This document shows positions 30,217-41,657 of a stretch of DNA of 64,000 nt, one piece after another. The translations under genes and the position numbers were made by a program. The notes below the pieces were generated by a model. It saw only the letters and a list, made by a program, of their open reading frames with translations, searched no databases and had not been told where the DNA came from. Location: assembly GCF_017348835.2 (NCBI RefSeq), contig NZ_CP071375.1; one strand, written 5' to 3'. The DNA is from Escherichia coli. GTDB taxonomy: Bacteria; Pseudomonadota; Gammaproteobacteria; Enterobacterales; Enterobacteriaceae. Each line of letters begins with the position of its first letter. Positions within the stretch are counted from its first letter, which is position 1.

Positions 30217-30329
30217 ATTCGTACCCGTGATTTCTCTATAACTATAACTCACAGAACAACTTAGCGAGGAGCAGAGCGGTACGATCGTGAGAAACCCATT
30301 AAAGCCCGCTGCAGTGCGTGTCATTGTTA

Positions 30330-30358
30330 GCCGGATGCGGTGTGAACGCTTTATCCGG
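30330..30358. repeat. REP-like element (CCGGATGCGG...TTATCCGG)
   Basis: matches the enterobacterial REP palindrome pattern. Confidence 0.5.
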
Positions 30359-30393
30359 ACAACGATACTGACCGATCGTCTGCAATTAAATAA

Positions 30394-30639
30394 TTACTCA
30401 TTACCCCATTGATTCAAAAACTCTGCGATCTCATCAATGCGTACGGGATTAATCCCCGCTTCAGCAGCCATTTCATGTTGGGCTTCTTCGCTGATCTCTT
30501 CATTGTTCATCAAACGGGTGAGCAGTAACTGGAAGTAGTGGGCCAGAGGTGTGCGTTCAGCGTCTGCGACAGGCTCTGCGCATTCGGTCGCGTACTCATC
30601 GGCAATATCAAAATATTTTAGCGGGATATCGTGGTTCAT
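30394..30639 (-). CDS. ymjA: YmjA, DUF2543 protein (81 aa)
   Basis: ORF track; synteny between sapA and puuP. Confidence 0.85.
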   Translation of the reverse strand: MNHDIPLKYFDIADEYATECAEPVADAERTPLAHYFQLLLTRLMNNEEISEEAQHEMAAEAGINPVRIDEIAEFLNQWGNE

Positions 30640-30772
30640 TATTTGCCCCTGGGGTTAATGCGCTAAGCATAAGGGCGGATGATAGCACTCGTGATCCGGG
30701 TCATACATCTTTTTATAGTTAATGGCGCGGTGCATTACCCTCAGGCAGGATAATGCGCCGCGCATCCGACTA

Positions 30773-32158
30773 TTACGTTTCGCTCACCGGTGTTCTGTCG
30801 CCATCATACAACGGCACTTTGCGATAGCGGCGGATCAGATACCATAAATATGCGCCGCCTAACGAAGCCCATACCAGACCGAGTGTCAGTGACGTTGACT
30901 CGAGGTTAACCCACAGCACACCAACCGTCAGCGCGCCAACCAGCGGCATCAGCAAATAGTGGAAGTGATCCTTCCAGCTTTTATTCATTCCTTTACGCCG
31001 CCAGAAATGATTAAACACCGACAGATTCACGAAGGTAAACGCCACCAGAGCACCGAAGTTAATTAACGCTGTGGCGGTAACTAAATCGAAGAACAGCGCC
31101 GACAACGCGACAATCCCGACCATAATGACGTTCAGTGCCGGAGTCCGCCATTTTGGGTGCACATAGCCAAACACGCGCTCCGGAAACACATTGTCACGCC
31201 CCATCACATACAGCAGACGCGACACGCTGGCATGTGAAGCCAGGCCAGACGCTAACGTGTTCACAAACGTGGTGCAGAGGAAAATCGACTGGAAGAGCTT
31301 GCCGCCGACGTACAGCGCAATTTCAGGCAGTGCGGCATCCGGATCTTTAAAGCGGCTGATATCGGGAAAGAACAGTTGCATAAAGAACGACGCAGCGATA
31401 AAGATAACGCCGCCGTATACCGCCGTCAGGAAGATGGCTTTCGGGATCACGCGTGCGGCGTCCGGCGTCTCTTCCGAAAGCGTGGTCACCGCATCGAAAC
31501 CAAGGAAAGAGAAACAGACAATTGTCGCCCCGGTTATAATCGGGATCAGGTGCGCGTTCTCGCTGATAAACGGCTGAAGTGACCAGACGGTGCCTACGCC
31601 TTCTCCTTTATGCAGTCCCTGAACCACCAGGAAGATAAACACCACCATGATGGAGATTTGCACCAGTACAAACAGGGTATTGAAGTTAGCAACCAGATTG
31701 ACGCTCTTCAGGTTCGCGGCGGTTAAAATGGCGACGAAGGTTACCACCCACACCCACGGCGGCACTTCCGGGAAGAGGGCGGAGAGATAGATTTTCGCCA
31801 ACAAGACGTTAATCATCGGCAAAAAGAGATAATCCAGCAGTGATGACCAGCCGACCATAAAGCCGACGTGCGGGTTAATCGACTTTTGCGCGTAGGTATA
31901 GGCCGAACCGGCCTCCGGAAACTGGCGAACCAGTTTGCCGTAGCTGATAGCGGTAAACAGCACACCCGCCAGCGCCAGCAAATAGGACGCCGGAACGTGA
32001 CCGTCGCTAATGCCTGACACAATGCCAAAAGTATCGAACACAGTCATCGGCGTGAGATAGGCCAGACCCATCATTACCACCTGCCACAATTTCAGTGATT
32101 TTCGCAGACGGGTTTTGCCGGGTTGCGCAGCAATATTCAGTGGTGAATTAATAGCCAT
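30773..32158 (-). CDS. puuP: putrescine importer PuuP, APC family (461 aa from MAINSPLN start; ORF track extends to 32212)
   Basis: 12-TM amino acid/polyamine permease; synteny with puu cluster. Confidence 0.92.
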
Positions 32159-32446
32159 AATTGCTGCCTCCCCTGCGTAATAAGGTTTGCGGTCGTGTCG
32201 ACCTGAAATCAAACCTGTTTAGCAAGGGAAGCAAAGGGGGCGGAGTCCAGTCAGTAGCAGGAGGGGCGCATACGCAACCTCCCTCGCCATGCGGGGATTT
32301 AATCATCGGCATCATCTCATTTCCTCGTCACAGTCTTAATCGTTAACGGAAGCCCGTTGCCGCCTGCGCTCCATAACGCGACATCCGGGAAATGTCTGGA
32401 TTACCAGCAAATGTCAGGCCTGGCTCCGCTCAGGCCGATGAAACAA

Positions 32447-32458
32447 CCCCGCAAGGGG
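32447..32458 (-). terminator. short GC hairpin (CCCC-GCAA-GGGG) immediately after puuA stop, T-rich on the transcribed strand
   Basis: 4-bp GC stem with tetraloop followed by TTGTTTCAT on the minus strand. Confidence 0.4.
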
Positions 32459-32460
32459 TA

Positions 32461-33879
32461 CTATGCGTTTTTCAACATCCACTCAATTTCTGTTTCTGTG
32501 ATGAGGCGCTCAAACTGCAACAGCTCATCATTTTTACAGGCGTGATAGACATGGCAAAACCGTTCGCCTAAATAGCGGCGCAGGTGATCATTCTCGATAA
32601 ACTCACCCAGGGCATCGCTCTGGCGAATCGGGAAGGGTAAGCCATCCTGTTCCAGCCCGTTGCCTTCGACTTCTTCCTGCAACGGCAGCTCGTTATCAAG
32701 ACCGTGCAAAATACCGGCAAAAATCGCTGCCATCACCAGATATGGGTTGGCATCGGCACCCGCCACGCGATATTCCACGCGGTGATTATGGCGATCGCCG
32801 CATGGAATACGCAGGGCGACGGTGCGGTTGTTATGGCCCCACGACGCCTGCGTCGGTACATACATCCCCGGCTGGAAGCGGCGATACGAGTTCACGTTTG
32901 GTGCCAGCAACGCCATTGATGACGGCATCAGATCGATCATTCCGGCGAGCATTTTTTTCAGCAGCGGCGAATCTTCGCCTTCCGCGTCAGAAAGCACGTT
33001 CTCGCCACGATTATTTTGCATACTGATATGGATATGCATCCCGCTGCCCGCGTGCTCTTCATACGGCTTCGCCATAAAAGTGGCGTGCATCTTATGCTTT
33101 TCTGCCATCAGACGCACCAGGCGTTTTAGTGCCAGCGCATCATCGCAGGCTTCCAGCACGTTATCGGTATGGTAAAGATTGATTTCAAACTGACCCGGCG
33201 AGGCCTCAGCGACCGCGCCATCTGCCGGAATCAGCTGTAACTGCGCCAGTTCATCAATATCATTGAGCACGTCGGCGAAGTGATTGAGGTTATCAACGGA
33301 GTAAACCTGGCTTTGTGTATTGCGGTCATCGGTGCCGGGCGCGCAGGGCGGTTGCAGATACCCTTCAGCGTCACGCTGGCGATCCAGTAAATAGAACTCC
33401 AGCTCTACCGCTACGACCGGAAACAATCCGCGCTGGCGCAGCTGCTGCCACAGGCGGTTAAGAACGTTCCGCGGCTCAACGTCAAAGGGAGCGCCATCTT
33501 CATCGACCATGGTCAGGAGCATCTGACCGATAAACTCTGGATCGGCGGCAGAAGGGGTTAAGGAACCGAGAACAGGAACACAGGTACGATCCGGCTCGCC
33601 CATTTCCTGACCCAGACCTGCTTCTTCTACTACGTTGCCCAGAATATCCATTGCAAACACCGAGGCCGGGAAATAACATCCTTTCTCGAGCTTCTTCAGG
33701 CTTGAAACAGGAATACGTTTTCCACGGAAGCAACCATTCAAATCGGTAAGTAAAACATCAACATATTGCGTATTCGGGTAGCGCTCCAGGTAGCGTTTCA
33801 CTTCCTGCGTAAAGGCGCTACCCCGCCTCTCTTCTGACTGCTGAACAAAGTTCTCTACTTCAACGATATTGGTTTCCAT
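32461..33879 (-). CDS. puuA: gamma-glutamylputrescine synthetase PuuA (472 aa from METNIVEV start; ORF track extends to 33957)
   Basis: glutamine synthetase-family sequence. Confidence 0.95.
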   Translation of the reverse strand: METNIVEVENFVQQSEERRGSAFTQEVKRYLERYPNTQYVDVLLTDLNGCFRGKRIPVSSLKKLEKGCYFPASVFAMDILGNVVEEAGLGQEMGEPDRTCVPVLGSLTPSAADPEFIGQMLLTMVDEDGAPFDVEPRNVLNRLWQQLRQRGLFPVVAVELEFYLLDRQRDAEGYLQPPCAPGTDDRNTQSQVYSVDNLNHFADVLNDIDELAQLQLIPADGAVAEASPGQFEINLYHTDNVLEACDDALALKRLVRLMAEKHKMHATFMAKPYEEHAGSGMHIHISMQNNRGENVLSDAEGEDSPLLKKMLAGMIDLMPSSMALLAPNVNSYRRFQPGMYVPTQASWGHNNRTVALRIPCGDRHNHRVEYRVAGADANPYLVMAAIFAGILHGLDNELPLQEEVEGNGLEQDGLPFPIRQSDALGEFIENDHLRRYLGERFCHVYHACKNDELLQFERLITETEIEWMLKNA

Positions 33880-33952
33880 GATTCTTCGCCTTTGGTTTGT
33901 TTTCCGCTCGTTATCAAAGCGTAAAATATAATGACCACCATTCGAATCTGTA

Positions 33953-33992
33953 TGCAAACTAAATGTTTGTCAAATGTTAAATTGAGTTTGCA
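33953..33992. promoter_or_regulatory. AT-rich divergent puuA/puuD control region with inverted repeat TGCAAACT...AGTTTGCA and AAATGTT direct repeats; candidate PuuR operator region
   Basis: 8-bp inverted repeat separated by 24 nt, centred in the 211-bp divergent intergenic region. Confidence 0.3.
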
Positions 33993-34090
33993 AAAATGAA
34001 AATCCACTGCTAGATTGAAAAAATATTGAACATAAAGGTCATTTAAACCGCAGTAATGGCGATAATTTAGTCCACTTAGTGAGATTGAGC

Positions 34091-34855
34091 ATGGAAAATA
34101 TAATGAACAATCCGGTTATCGGTGTCGTAATGTGCAGGAACAGGCTTAAGGGGCATGCGACCCAGACTCTGCAAGAAAAGTACCTGAATGCCATCATCCA
34201 TGCAGGCGGCTTGCCAATTGCGTTACCACATGCGCTGGCGGAACCGTCCTTACTTGAACAACTTTTGCCGAAACTCGATGGCATTTATCTTCCTGGTAGT
34301 CCCAGCAATGTGCAGCCGCACCTATATGGTGAAAACGGCGATGAGCCTGACGCCGATCCCGGGCGTGATCTTCTGAGCATGGCGTTAATTAATGCCGCAC
34401 TCGAAAGGCGCATCCCCATTTTCGCCATCTGCCGGGGGTTACAGGAACTGGTGGTGGCAACCGGTGGTTCGTTGCATCGCAAGCTGTGCGAACAGCCTGA
34501 ATTGCTGGAACATCGGGAAGATCCCGAACTGCCGGTGGAACAGCAATATGCGCCGTCGCACGAAGTTCAGGTTGAAGAGGGGGGATTACTGTCTGCATTG
34601 TTACCTGAATGTAGCAACTTTTGGGTAAACTCTCTGCATGGACAAGGGGCGAAGGTCGTTAGCCCGCAGTTGCGTGTTGAAGCTCGCTCGCCGGATGGCC
34701 TGGTTGAGGCGGTGAGCGTCATCAATCATCCTTTCGCGCTGGGCGTACAGTGGCACCCGGAATGGAACAGTAGCGAGTACGCGCTTTCGCGTATATTGTT
34801 CGAGGGCTTTATCACCGCTTGTCAGCACCATATCGCTGAAAAACAGCGACTCTGA
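34091..34855 (+). CDS. puuD: gamma-glutamyl-GABA hydrolase PuuD (254 aa from MENIMNN start)
   Basis: class I glutamine amidotransferase-like with catalytic Cys motif (AICRG). Confidence 0.93.
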   Translation: MENIMNNPVIGVVMCRNRLKGHATQTLQEKYLNAIIHAGGLPIALPHALAEPSLLEQLLPKLDGIYLPGSPSNVQPHLYGENGDEPDADPGRDLLSMALINAALERRIPIFAICRGLQELVVATGGSLHRKLCEQPELLEHREDPELPVEQQYAPSHEVQVEEGGLLSALLPECSNFWVNSLHGQGAKVVSPQLRVEARSPDGLVEAVSVINHPFALGVQWHPEWNSSEYALSRILFEGFITACQHHIAEKQRL

Positions 34856-34881
34856 CCACTACAGTTTAAGGAAATGCAAAT

Positions 34882-35439
34882 ATGAGTGATGAGGGACTGG
34901 CGCCAGGAAAACGCTTGTCGGAAATCCGCCAGCAGCAGGGGCTTTCACAACGTCGTGCCGCCGAACTCTCCGGGCTGACTCACAGTGCTATCAGTACGAT
35001 AGAACAGGATAAAGTCAGCCCTGCCATCAGTACGCTGCAAAAGCTGCTGAAGGTGTATGGTCTGTCACTCTCGGAATTCTTTTCCGAGCCGGAAAAACCT
35101 GATGAGCCGCAGGTCGTCATTAATCAGGACGATTTAATTGAGATGGGCAGTCAGGGTGTGTCAATGAAGCTGGTTCATAACGGTAACCCGAATCGCACGC
35201 TGGCGATGATCTTTGAAACGTACCAGCCTGGCACAACCACTGGGGAAAGAATTAAGCATCAGGGTGAGGAAATAGGCACTGTACTGGAAGGTGAAATTGT
35301 TCTGACGATTAATGGTCAGGATTACCACCTCGTCGCGGGGCAAAGTTATGCCATTAATACCGGCATCCCGCACAGTTTCAGTAATACGTCGGCAGGTATT
35401 TGCCGAATTATCAGCGCCCATACGCCCACCACGTTTTAA
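34882..35439 (+). CDS. puuR: HTH-type repressor PuuR (185 aa), XRE HTH plus cupin domain
   Basis: N-terminal HTH (LSQRRAAELSGLTHSAISTIEQ); C-terminal cupin. Confidence 0.93.
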   Translation: MSDEGLAPGKRLSEIRQQQGLSQRRAAELSGLTHSAISTIEQDKVSPAISTLQKLLKVYGLSLSEFFSEPEKPDEPQVVINQDDLIEMGSQGVSMKLVHNGNPNRTLAMIFETYQPGTTTGERIKHQGEEIGTVLEGEIVLTINGQDYHLVAGQSYAINTGIPHSFSNTSAGICRIISAHTPTTF

Positions 35440-35588
35440 TCTTTTTGTTCTGTAAGCCGGGTAAGCGCAATGCGCCCGGCAATCCATAAAGAATGTCGCC
35501 AGAAATAAACGGGCATACGGCCCGGGGATCTCTGCGCCCCGACGTTCACAAACTGCATATATCTGATAGACGTGAAACAGGAGTCATA

Positions 35589-37076
35589 ATGAATTTTCAT
35601 CATCTGGCTTACTGGCAGGATAAAGCGTTAAGTCTCGCCATTGAAACCCGCTTATTTATTAACGGTGAATATACTGCTGCGGCGGAAAATGAAACCTTTG
35701 AAACCGTTGATCCGGTCACCCAGGCACCGCTGGCGAAAATTGCCCGCGGCAAGAGCGTCGATATCGACCGTGCGGTGAGCGCAGCACGCGGCGTATTTGA
35801 ACGCGGCGACTGGTCACTCTCTTCTCCGGCTAAACGTAAAGCGGTACTGAATAAACTCGCCGATTTAATGGAAGCCAACGCCGAAGAGCTGGCACTGCTG
35901 GAAACTCTCGACACCGGCAAACCGATTCGTCACAGTCTGCGTGATGATATTCCCGGCGCGGCGCGCGCCATTCGCTGGTACGCCGAAGCGATCGACAAAG
36001 TGTATGGCGAAGTGGCGACCACCAGTAGCCATGAGCTGGCGATGATCGTGCGTGAACCGGTCGGCGTAATTGCCGCCATTGTACCGTGGAACTTCCCGCT
36101 GCTGCTGACCTGCTGGAAGCTTGGCCCGGCGCTGGCAGCAGGGAACAGCGTTGTCCTGAAACCGTCTGAAAAATCACCGCTCAGTGCGATTCGTCTCGCC
36201 GGGCTGGCTAAAGAGGCAGGCTTGCCGGATGGTGTGTTGAACGTGGTGACGGGTTTTGGTCATGAAGCGGGGCAGGCGCTGTCGCGTCATAACGATATCG
36301 ATGCCATCGCCTTTACCGGTTCAACCCGTACCGGGAAACAGCTGCTGAAAGATGCGGGCGACAGCAACATGAAACGCGTCTGGCTGGAAGCGGGCGGCAA
36401 AAGCGCCAACATCGTTTTCGCTGACTGCCCGGATTTGCAACAGGCGGCAAGCGCCACCGCAGCAGGCATCTTCTACAACCAGGGTCAGGTGTGCATCGCC
36501 GGAACGCGCCTGTTGCTGGAAGAGAGCATAGCTGATGAATTCTTAGCCCTGTTAAAACAGCAGGCGCAAAACTGGCAGCCGGGCCATCCACTTGATCCCG
36601 CAACCACCATGGGCACCTTAATCGACTGCGCCCACGCCGACTCGGTCCATAGCTTTATTCGGGAAGGCGAAAGCAAAGGGCAACTGTTGTTGGATGGCCG
36701 TAACGCCGGGCTGGCTGCCGCCATCGGCCCGACCATCTTTGTGGATGTAGACCCGAATGCGTCCTTAAGCCGCGAAGAGATTTTCGGTCCGGTGCTGGTT
36801 GTCACGCGTTTCACATCAGAAGAACAGGCGCTACAGCTTGCCAACGACAGCCAGTACGGCCTTGGCGCGGCGGTATGGACGCGCGACCTCTCCCGCGCGC
36901 ACCGCCTGAGCCGACGCCTGAAAGCCGGTTCCGTCTTCGTCAATAACTACAACGACGGCGATATGACCGTGCCGTTTGGCGGCTATAAGCAGAGCGGCAA
37001 CGGTCGCGACAAATCCCTGCATGCCCTTGAAAAATTCACCGAACTGAAAACCATCTGGATAAGCCTGGAGGCCTGA
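35589..37076 (+). CDS. puuC: gamma-glutamyl-gamma-aminobutyraldehyde dehydrogenase PuuC (495 aa from MNFHHLAY start; ORF track starts at 35493)
   Basis: aldehyde dehydrogenase family with catalytic Cys (GQVCIAG). Confidence 0.94.
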   Translation: MNFHHLAYWQDKALSLAIETRLFINGEYTAAAENETFETVDPVTQAPLAKIARGKSVDIDRAVSAARGVFERGDWSLSSPAKRKAVLNKLADLMEANAEELALLETLDTGKPIRHSLRDDIPGAARAIRWYAEAIDKVYGEVATTSSHELAMIVREPVGVIAAIVPWNFPLLLTCWKLGPALAAGNSVVLKPSEKSPLSAIRLAGLAKEAGLPDGVLNVVTGFGHEAGQALSRHNDIDAIAFTGSTRTGKQLLKDAGDSNMKRVWLEAGGKSANIVFADCPDLQQAASATAAGIFYNQGQVCIAGTRLLLEESIADEFLALLKQQAQNWQPGHPLDPATTMGTLIDCAHADSVHSFIREGESKGQLLLDGRNAGLAAAIGPTIFVDVDPNASLSREEIFGPVLVVTRFTSEEQALQLANDSQYGLGAAVWTRDLSRAHRLSRRLKAGSVFVNNYNDGDMTVPFGGYKQSGNGRDKSLHALEKFTELKTIWISLEA

Positions 37077-37077
37077 A

Positions 37078-38358
37078 ATGACCGAACATACCAGCAGTTA
37101 CTACGCCGCCAGTGCGAATAAATACGCGCCATTCGACACGCTGAATGAGTCAATTTCCTGCGACGTTTGCGTGGTTGGCGGCGGCTATACCGGGCTGTCT
37201 TCCGCGCTACATCTGGCGGAAGCGGGCTTTGACGTAGTGGTTCTCGAAGCCTCACGCATCGGCTTTGGCGCCAGCGGACGCAACGGCGGGCAGCTTGTAA
37301 ACTCCTACAGCCGCGACATCGACGTGATCGAAAAAAGCTACGGCATGGACACCGCCCGTATGCTCGGCAGCATGATGTTCGAGGGTGGCGAGATCATCCG
37401 CGAACGTATCAAACGCTATCAGATTGACTGCGACTACCGCCCCGGCGGCCTGTTTGTGGCGATGAATGATAAACAGCTCGCCACACTCGAAGAGCAGAAA
37501 GAGAACTGGGAACGCTACGGCAATAAACAGCTGGAGCTGCTGGACGCCAACGCCATTCGCCGCGAGGTCGCCAGCGATCGCTACACTGGTGCGCTGCTGG
37601 ATCACAGCGGCGGGCATATTCACCCGCTGAACCTCGCCATTGGTGAAGCCGATGCCATTCGTCTCAACGGCGGACGTGTGTATGAGCTTTCTGAGGTGAC
37701 GCAGATCCAGCACACCACGCCCGCCGTGGTGCGTACTACCAAAGGCCAGGTGACGGCGAAGTATGTGATTGTCGCCGGGAATGCGTACCTGGGCGATAAA
37801 GTGGAGCCGGAACTGGCGAAGCGTAGTATGCCGTGCGGCACGCAGGTGATCACCACTGAGCGGCTGTCAGAAGATTTAGCCCGTTCGCTGATCCCGAAAA
37901 ACTACTGTGTGGAAGACTGTAACTATCTGCTTGATTACTACCGTCTTACCGCCGACAACCGTTTGCTGTACGGCGGCGGCGTGGTGTACGGCGCCCGCGA
38001 CCCGGATGACGTTGAGCGTCTTGTGGTGCCGAAACTGCTGAAAACCTTCCCGCAGCTGAAGGGCGTGAAAATTGATTACCGCTGGACGGGCAACTTCCTG
38101 CTGACCCTGTCACGGATGCCGCAGTTCGGTCGCCTCGATACCAACATCTATTACATGCAGGGTTACAGCGGCCACGGCGTCACCTGTACCCACCTCGCCG
38201 GGCGTCTGATTGCCGAACTGCTGCGCGGCGACGCCGAACGTTTCGATGCCTTCGCCAATCTGCCGCATTACCCGTTCCCCGGCGGGCGCACGCTGCGCGT
38301 ACCGTTTACCGCGATGGGCGCGGCTTATTACAGCCTGCGCGATCGTCTGGGCGTTTAA
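37078..38358 (+). CDS. puuB: gamma-glutamylputrescine oxidase PuuB (426 aa), FAD-dependent
   Basis: FAD-binding N-terminus VCVVGGGYTGLSSA. Confidence 0.94.
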   Translation: MTEHTSSYYAASANKYAPFDTLNESISCDVCVVGGGYTGLSSALHLAEAGFDVVVLEASRIGFGASGRNGGQLVNSYSRDIDVIEKSYGMDTARMLGSMMFEGGEIIRERIKRYQIDCDYRPGGLFVAMNDKQLATLEEQKENWERYGNKQLELLDANAIRREVASDRYTGALLDHSGGHIHPLNLAIGEADAIRLNGGRVYELSEVTQIQHTTPAVVRTTKGQVTAKYVIVAGNAYLGDKVEPELAKRSMPCGTQVITTERLSEDLARSLIPKNYCVEDCNYLLDYYRLTADNRLLYGGGVVYGARDPDDVERLVVPKLLKTFPQLKGVKIDYRWTGNFLLTLSRMPQFGRLDTNIYYMQGYSGHGVTCTHLAGRLIAELLRGDAERFDAFANLPHYPFPGGRTLRVPFTAMGAAYYSLRDRLGV

Positions 38359-38395
38359 TTTCCGATTAACAGTGAAGAGTCAAAAGGTGTGAAAC

Positions 38396-39661
38396 ATGAG
38401 CAACAATGAATTCCATCAGCGTCGTCTTTCTGCCACCCCGCGCGGGGTTGGCGTGATGTGTAACTTCTTCGCCCAGTCGGCTGAAAACGCCACGCTGAAG
38501 GATGTTGAGGGCAACGAGTACATCGATTTCGCCGCAGGCATTGCGGTGCTGAATACCGGACATCGCCACCCTGATCTGGTCGCGGCGGTAGAGCAGCAAC
38601 TGCAACAGTTTACCCACACCGCGTACCAGATTGTGCCGTATGAAAGCTACGTCACCCTGGCGGAGAAAATCAACGCCCTTGCCCCGGTGAGCGGGCAGGC
38701 TAAAACTGCGTTCTTCACCACCGGCGCGGAAGCGGTGGAAAACGCGGTGAAAATCGCCCGCGCCCATACCGGACGCCCTGGTGTGATTGCGTTTAGCGGC
38801 GGCTTCCACGGTCGTACGTATATGACTATGGCGTTAACTGGAAAGGTCGCGCCGTACAAAATCGGCTTCGGCCCGTTCCCTGGTTCGGTGTATCACGTAC
38901 CTTATCCGTCAGATTTACACGGCATTTCAACACAGGACTCCCTCGACGCCATCGAACGCTTGTTTAAATCAGACATCGAAGCGAAGCAGGTCGCGGCGAT
39001 TATTTTCGAACCGGTGCAGGGCGAGGGCGGTTTCAACGTTGCACCCAAAGAGCTGGTTGCCGCCATTCGCCGCCTGTGCGACGAGCACGGTATTGTGATG
39101 ATTGCTGATGAAGTGCAAAGCGGCTTTGCGCGTACCGGTAAGCTGTTTGCCATGGATCATTACGCCGATAAGCCGGATTTAATGACGATGGCGAAAAGCC
39201 TCGCGGGCGGGATGCCGCTTTCGGGCGTGGTCGGTAACGCGAATATTATGGACGCACCTGCGCCGGGCGGGCTTGGCGGCACCTACGCCGGTAACCCGCT
39301 GGCGGTGGCTGCCGCGCACGCGGTGCTCAACATTATCGACAAAGAATCACTCTGCGAACGCGCGAATCAACTGGGCCAGCGTCTGACAAACACGCTGATT
39401 GATGCCAAAGAAAGCGTTCCGGCCATCGCGGCGGTACGCGGTCTGGGGTCTATGATTGCGGCAGAGTTTAACGATCCGCAAACGGGCGAGCCGTCAGCGG
39501 CGATTGCACAGAAAATCCAGCAACGCGCGCTGGCGCAGGGACTGCTTCTACTGACCTGTGGCGCATACGGCAACGTGATTCGTTTCCTGTATCCGCTGAC
39601 CATCCCGGATGCGCAATTCGATGCGGCAATGAAAATTTTGCAGGATGCGCTGAGAGATTAA
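38396..39661 (+). CDS. puuE: 4-aminobutyrate aminotransferase PuuE (421 aa), PLP-dependent class III
   Basis: class III aminotransferase sequence; puu cluster synteny. Confidence 0.94.
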   Translation: MSNNEFHQRRLSATPRGVGVMCNFFAQSAENATLKDVEGNEYIDFAAGIAVLNTGHRHPDLVAAVEQQLQQFTHTAYQIVPYESYVTLAEKINALAPVSGQAKTAFFTTGAEAVENAVKIARAHTGRPGVIAFSGGFHGRTYMTMALTGKVAPYKIGFGPFPGSVYHVPYPSDLHGISTQDSLDAIERLFKSDIEAKQVAAIIFEPVQGEGGFNVAPKELVAAIRRLCDEHGIVMIADEVQSGFARTGKLFAMDHYADKPDLMTMAKSLAGGMPLSGVVGNANIMDAPAPGGLGGTYAGNPLAVAAAHAVLNIIDKESLCERANQLGQRLTNTLIDAKESVPAIAAVRGLGSMIAAEFNDPQTGEPSAAIAQKIQQRALAQGLLLLTCGAYGNVIRFLYPLTIPDAQFDAAMKILQDALRD

Positions 39662-39688
39662 TACGCAGAAGCAGGGGCAACGCAATAA

Positions 39689-39770
39689 TGCCTGATACGC
39701 TGCGCTTATCAGACCTGCAAACGACGTATTGATTATGTATGCCGGATAAGGCGTTCACGCCGCATCCGGC
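39689..39770. repeat. pair of REP elements (BIME-like) between puuE and pspF (GCCTGATACGCTGCGCTTATCAG... and GCCGGATAAGGCGTTCACGCCGCATCCGGC)
   Basis: both match the canonical enterobacterial REP palindrome types. Confidence 0.75.
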
Positions 39771-39791
39771 AAGTTGTATTGCCCAACTTCG

Positions 39792-40769
39792 CTAAATCTG
39801 GTGCTTTTTCAACAACGCGCGGAACTGATGATAGGTTAACCCCAGTAATTCAGCCGCGCGCTTCTGGTTATATTTCCCTTGTTGCAAACTGAGTTGCAGC
39901 AACTCTTTTTCCTGCTGCATCTGAAACTCACGTAAATCCAGCGGCAGCGTCGGAAGCGAGGTGGTTTCTGAAACGGCGATGGCTTCTTCAGGTGGACGCC
40001 GTTTAAAGGGATCAATAATGATGTCATCAAGCGGATAATCGCTGGTGCCGTGGCGATACACTGAACGTTCCACCACGTTTTTCAATTCACGAATATTTCC
40101 CGGCCAGCGATAATTCAGCAATGTTTCTCTGGCGTGTTCGGTAAAACCCGGGAACAGAGGCAGCTTGATTTCCCGACACATCTGGATGGCAAAGTGTTCT
40201 GCCATTAACATAATGTCGCTTTCGCGTTCGCGTAGTGGCGGCAGTTGTACAACATCAAAAGCCAGCCGGTCGAGAAGGTCAGCGCGAAAAGTACCTTCAT
40301 TGACCATCGCCGGGAGATCGGCATTCGTCGCGCATACCAACCGCACATTCACCTGCAACGGCTGGCTGCCGCCAACGCGCTCCAGTTCACCGTACTCAAT
40401 CACGCGCAATAATTTTTCCTGCACCATCATCGGTGCTGTAGCGAGTTCATCAAGAAATAGCGTACCGCCGTCGGCACGTTCAAATCTCCCTGGATGACGT
40501 TTTTGCGCACCGGTAAACGCCCCCGCTTCGTGACCAAACAGTTCGGAATCCAGCAGATTTTCATTTAACGCCGCGCAGTTAAGGGAAATAAACGGCCCTT
40601 GCCAACGGGAGGAGAGATAATGCAGGCGGCTGGCGATCAGCTCTTTACCGGTGCCGCGTTCGCCGATGATGAGCACCGGTTTGTCCAGCGGTGCGAGATG
40701 CGAAACCTGTTCCAGCACTTCGAGAAAGCTGTTCGCCTCACCAAGTAAATTATCTTTGTATTCTGCCAT
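39792..40769 (-). CDS. pspF: sigma54-dependent psp operon activator PspF (325 aa from MAEYKD start)
   Basis: AAA+ sigma54-activator domain (GERGTGKE; GAFTGA motif); C-terminal HTH. Confidence 0.95.
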   Translation of the reverse strand: MAEYKDNLLGEANSFLEVLEQVSHLAPLDKPVLIIGERGTGKELIASRLHYLSSRWQGPFISLNCAALNENLLDSELFGHEAGAFTGAQKRHPGRFERADGGTLFLDELATAPMMVQEKLLRVIEYGELERVGGSQPLQVNVRLVCATNADLPAMVNEGTFRADLLDRLAFDVVQLPPLRERESDIMLMAEHFAIQMCREIKLPLFPGFTEHARETLLNYRWPGNIRELKNVVERSVYRHGTSDYPLDDIIIDPFKRRPPEEAIAVSETTSLPTLPLDLREFQMQQEKELLQLSLQQGKYNQKRAAELLGLTYHQFRALLKKHQI

Positions 40770-40863
40770 GATGAAATTCGCCACTTGTTAGTGTAATTCG
40801 CTAATTCATCCTGGCATGTTGCTGTTGATTCTTCAATCAGATCTTTATAAATCAAAAAGATAA

Positions 40864-41604
<741 letters not shown>

Positions 41605-41657
41605 TAACATCCAGGCGGCGTCCGAAAGCGCCGCCGCTCATCGTCTAAGGAGTACTT

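Noticed and set aside
30124-30324. 66-aa minus-strand ORF between sapA and ymjA
   Set aside because: Spans the 31-bp palindrome and runs into the REP-like region; low-complexity translation (Ser/Thr/Pro/Arg rich) with no RBS; more likely non-coding regulatory DNA.
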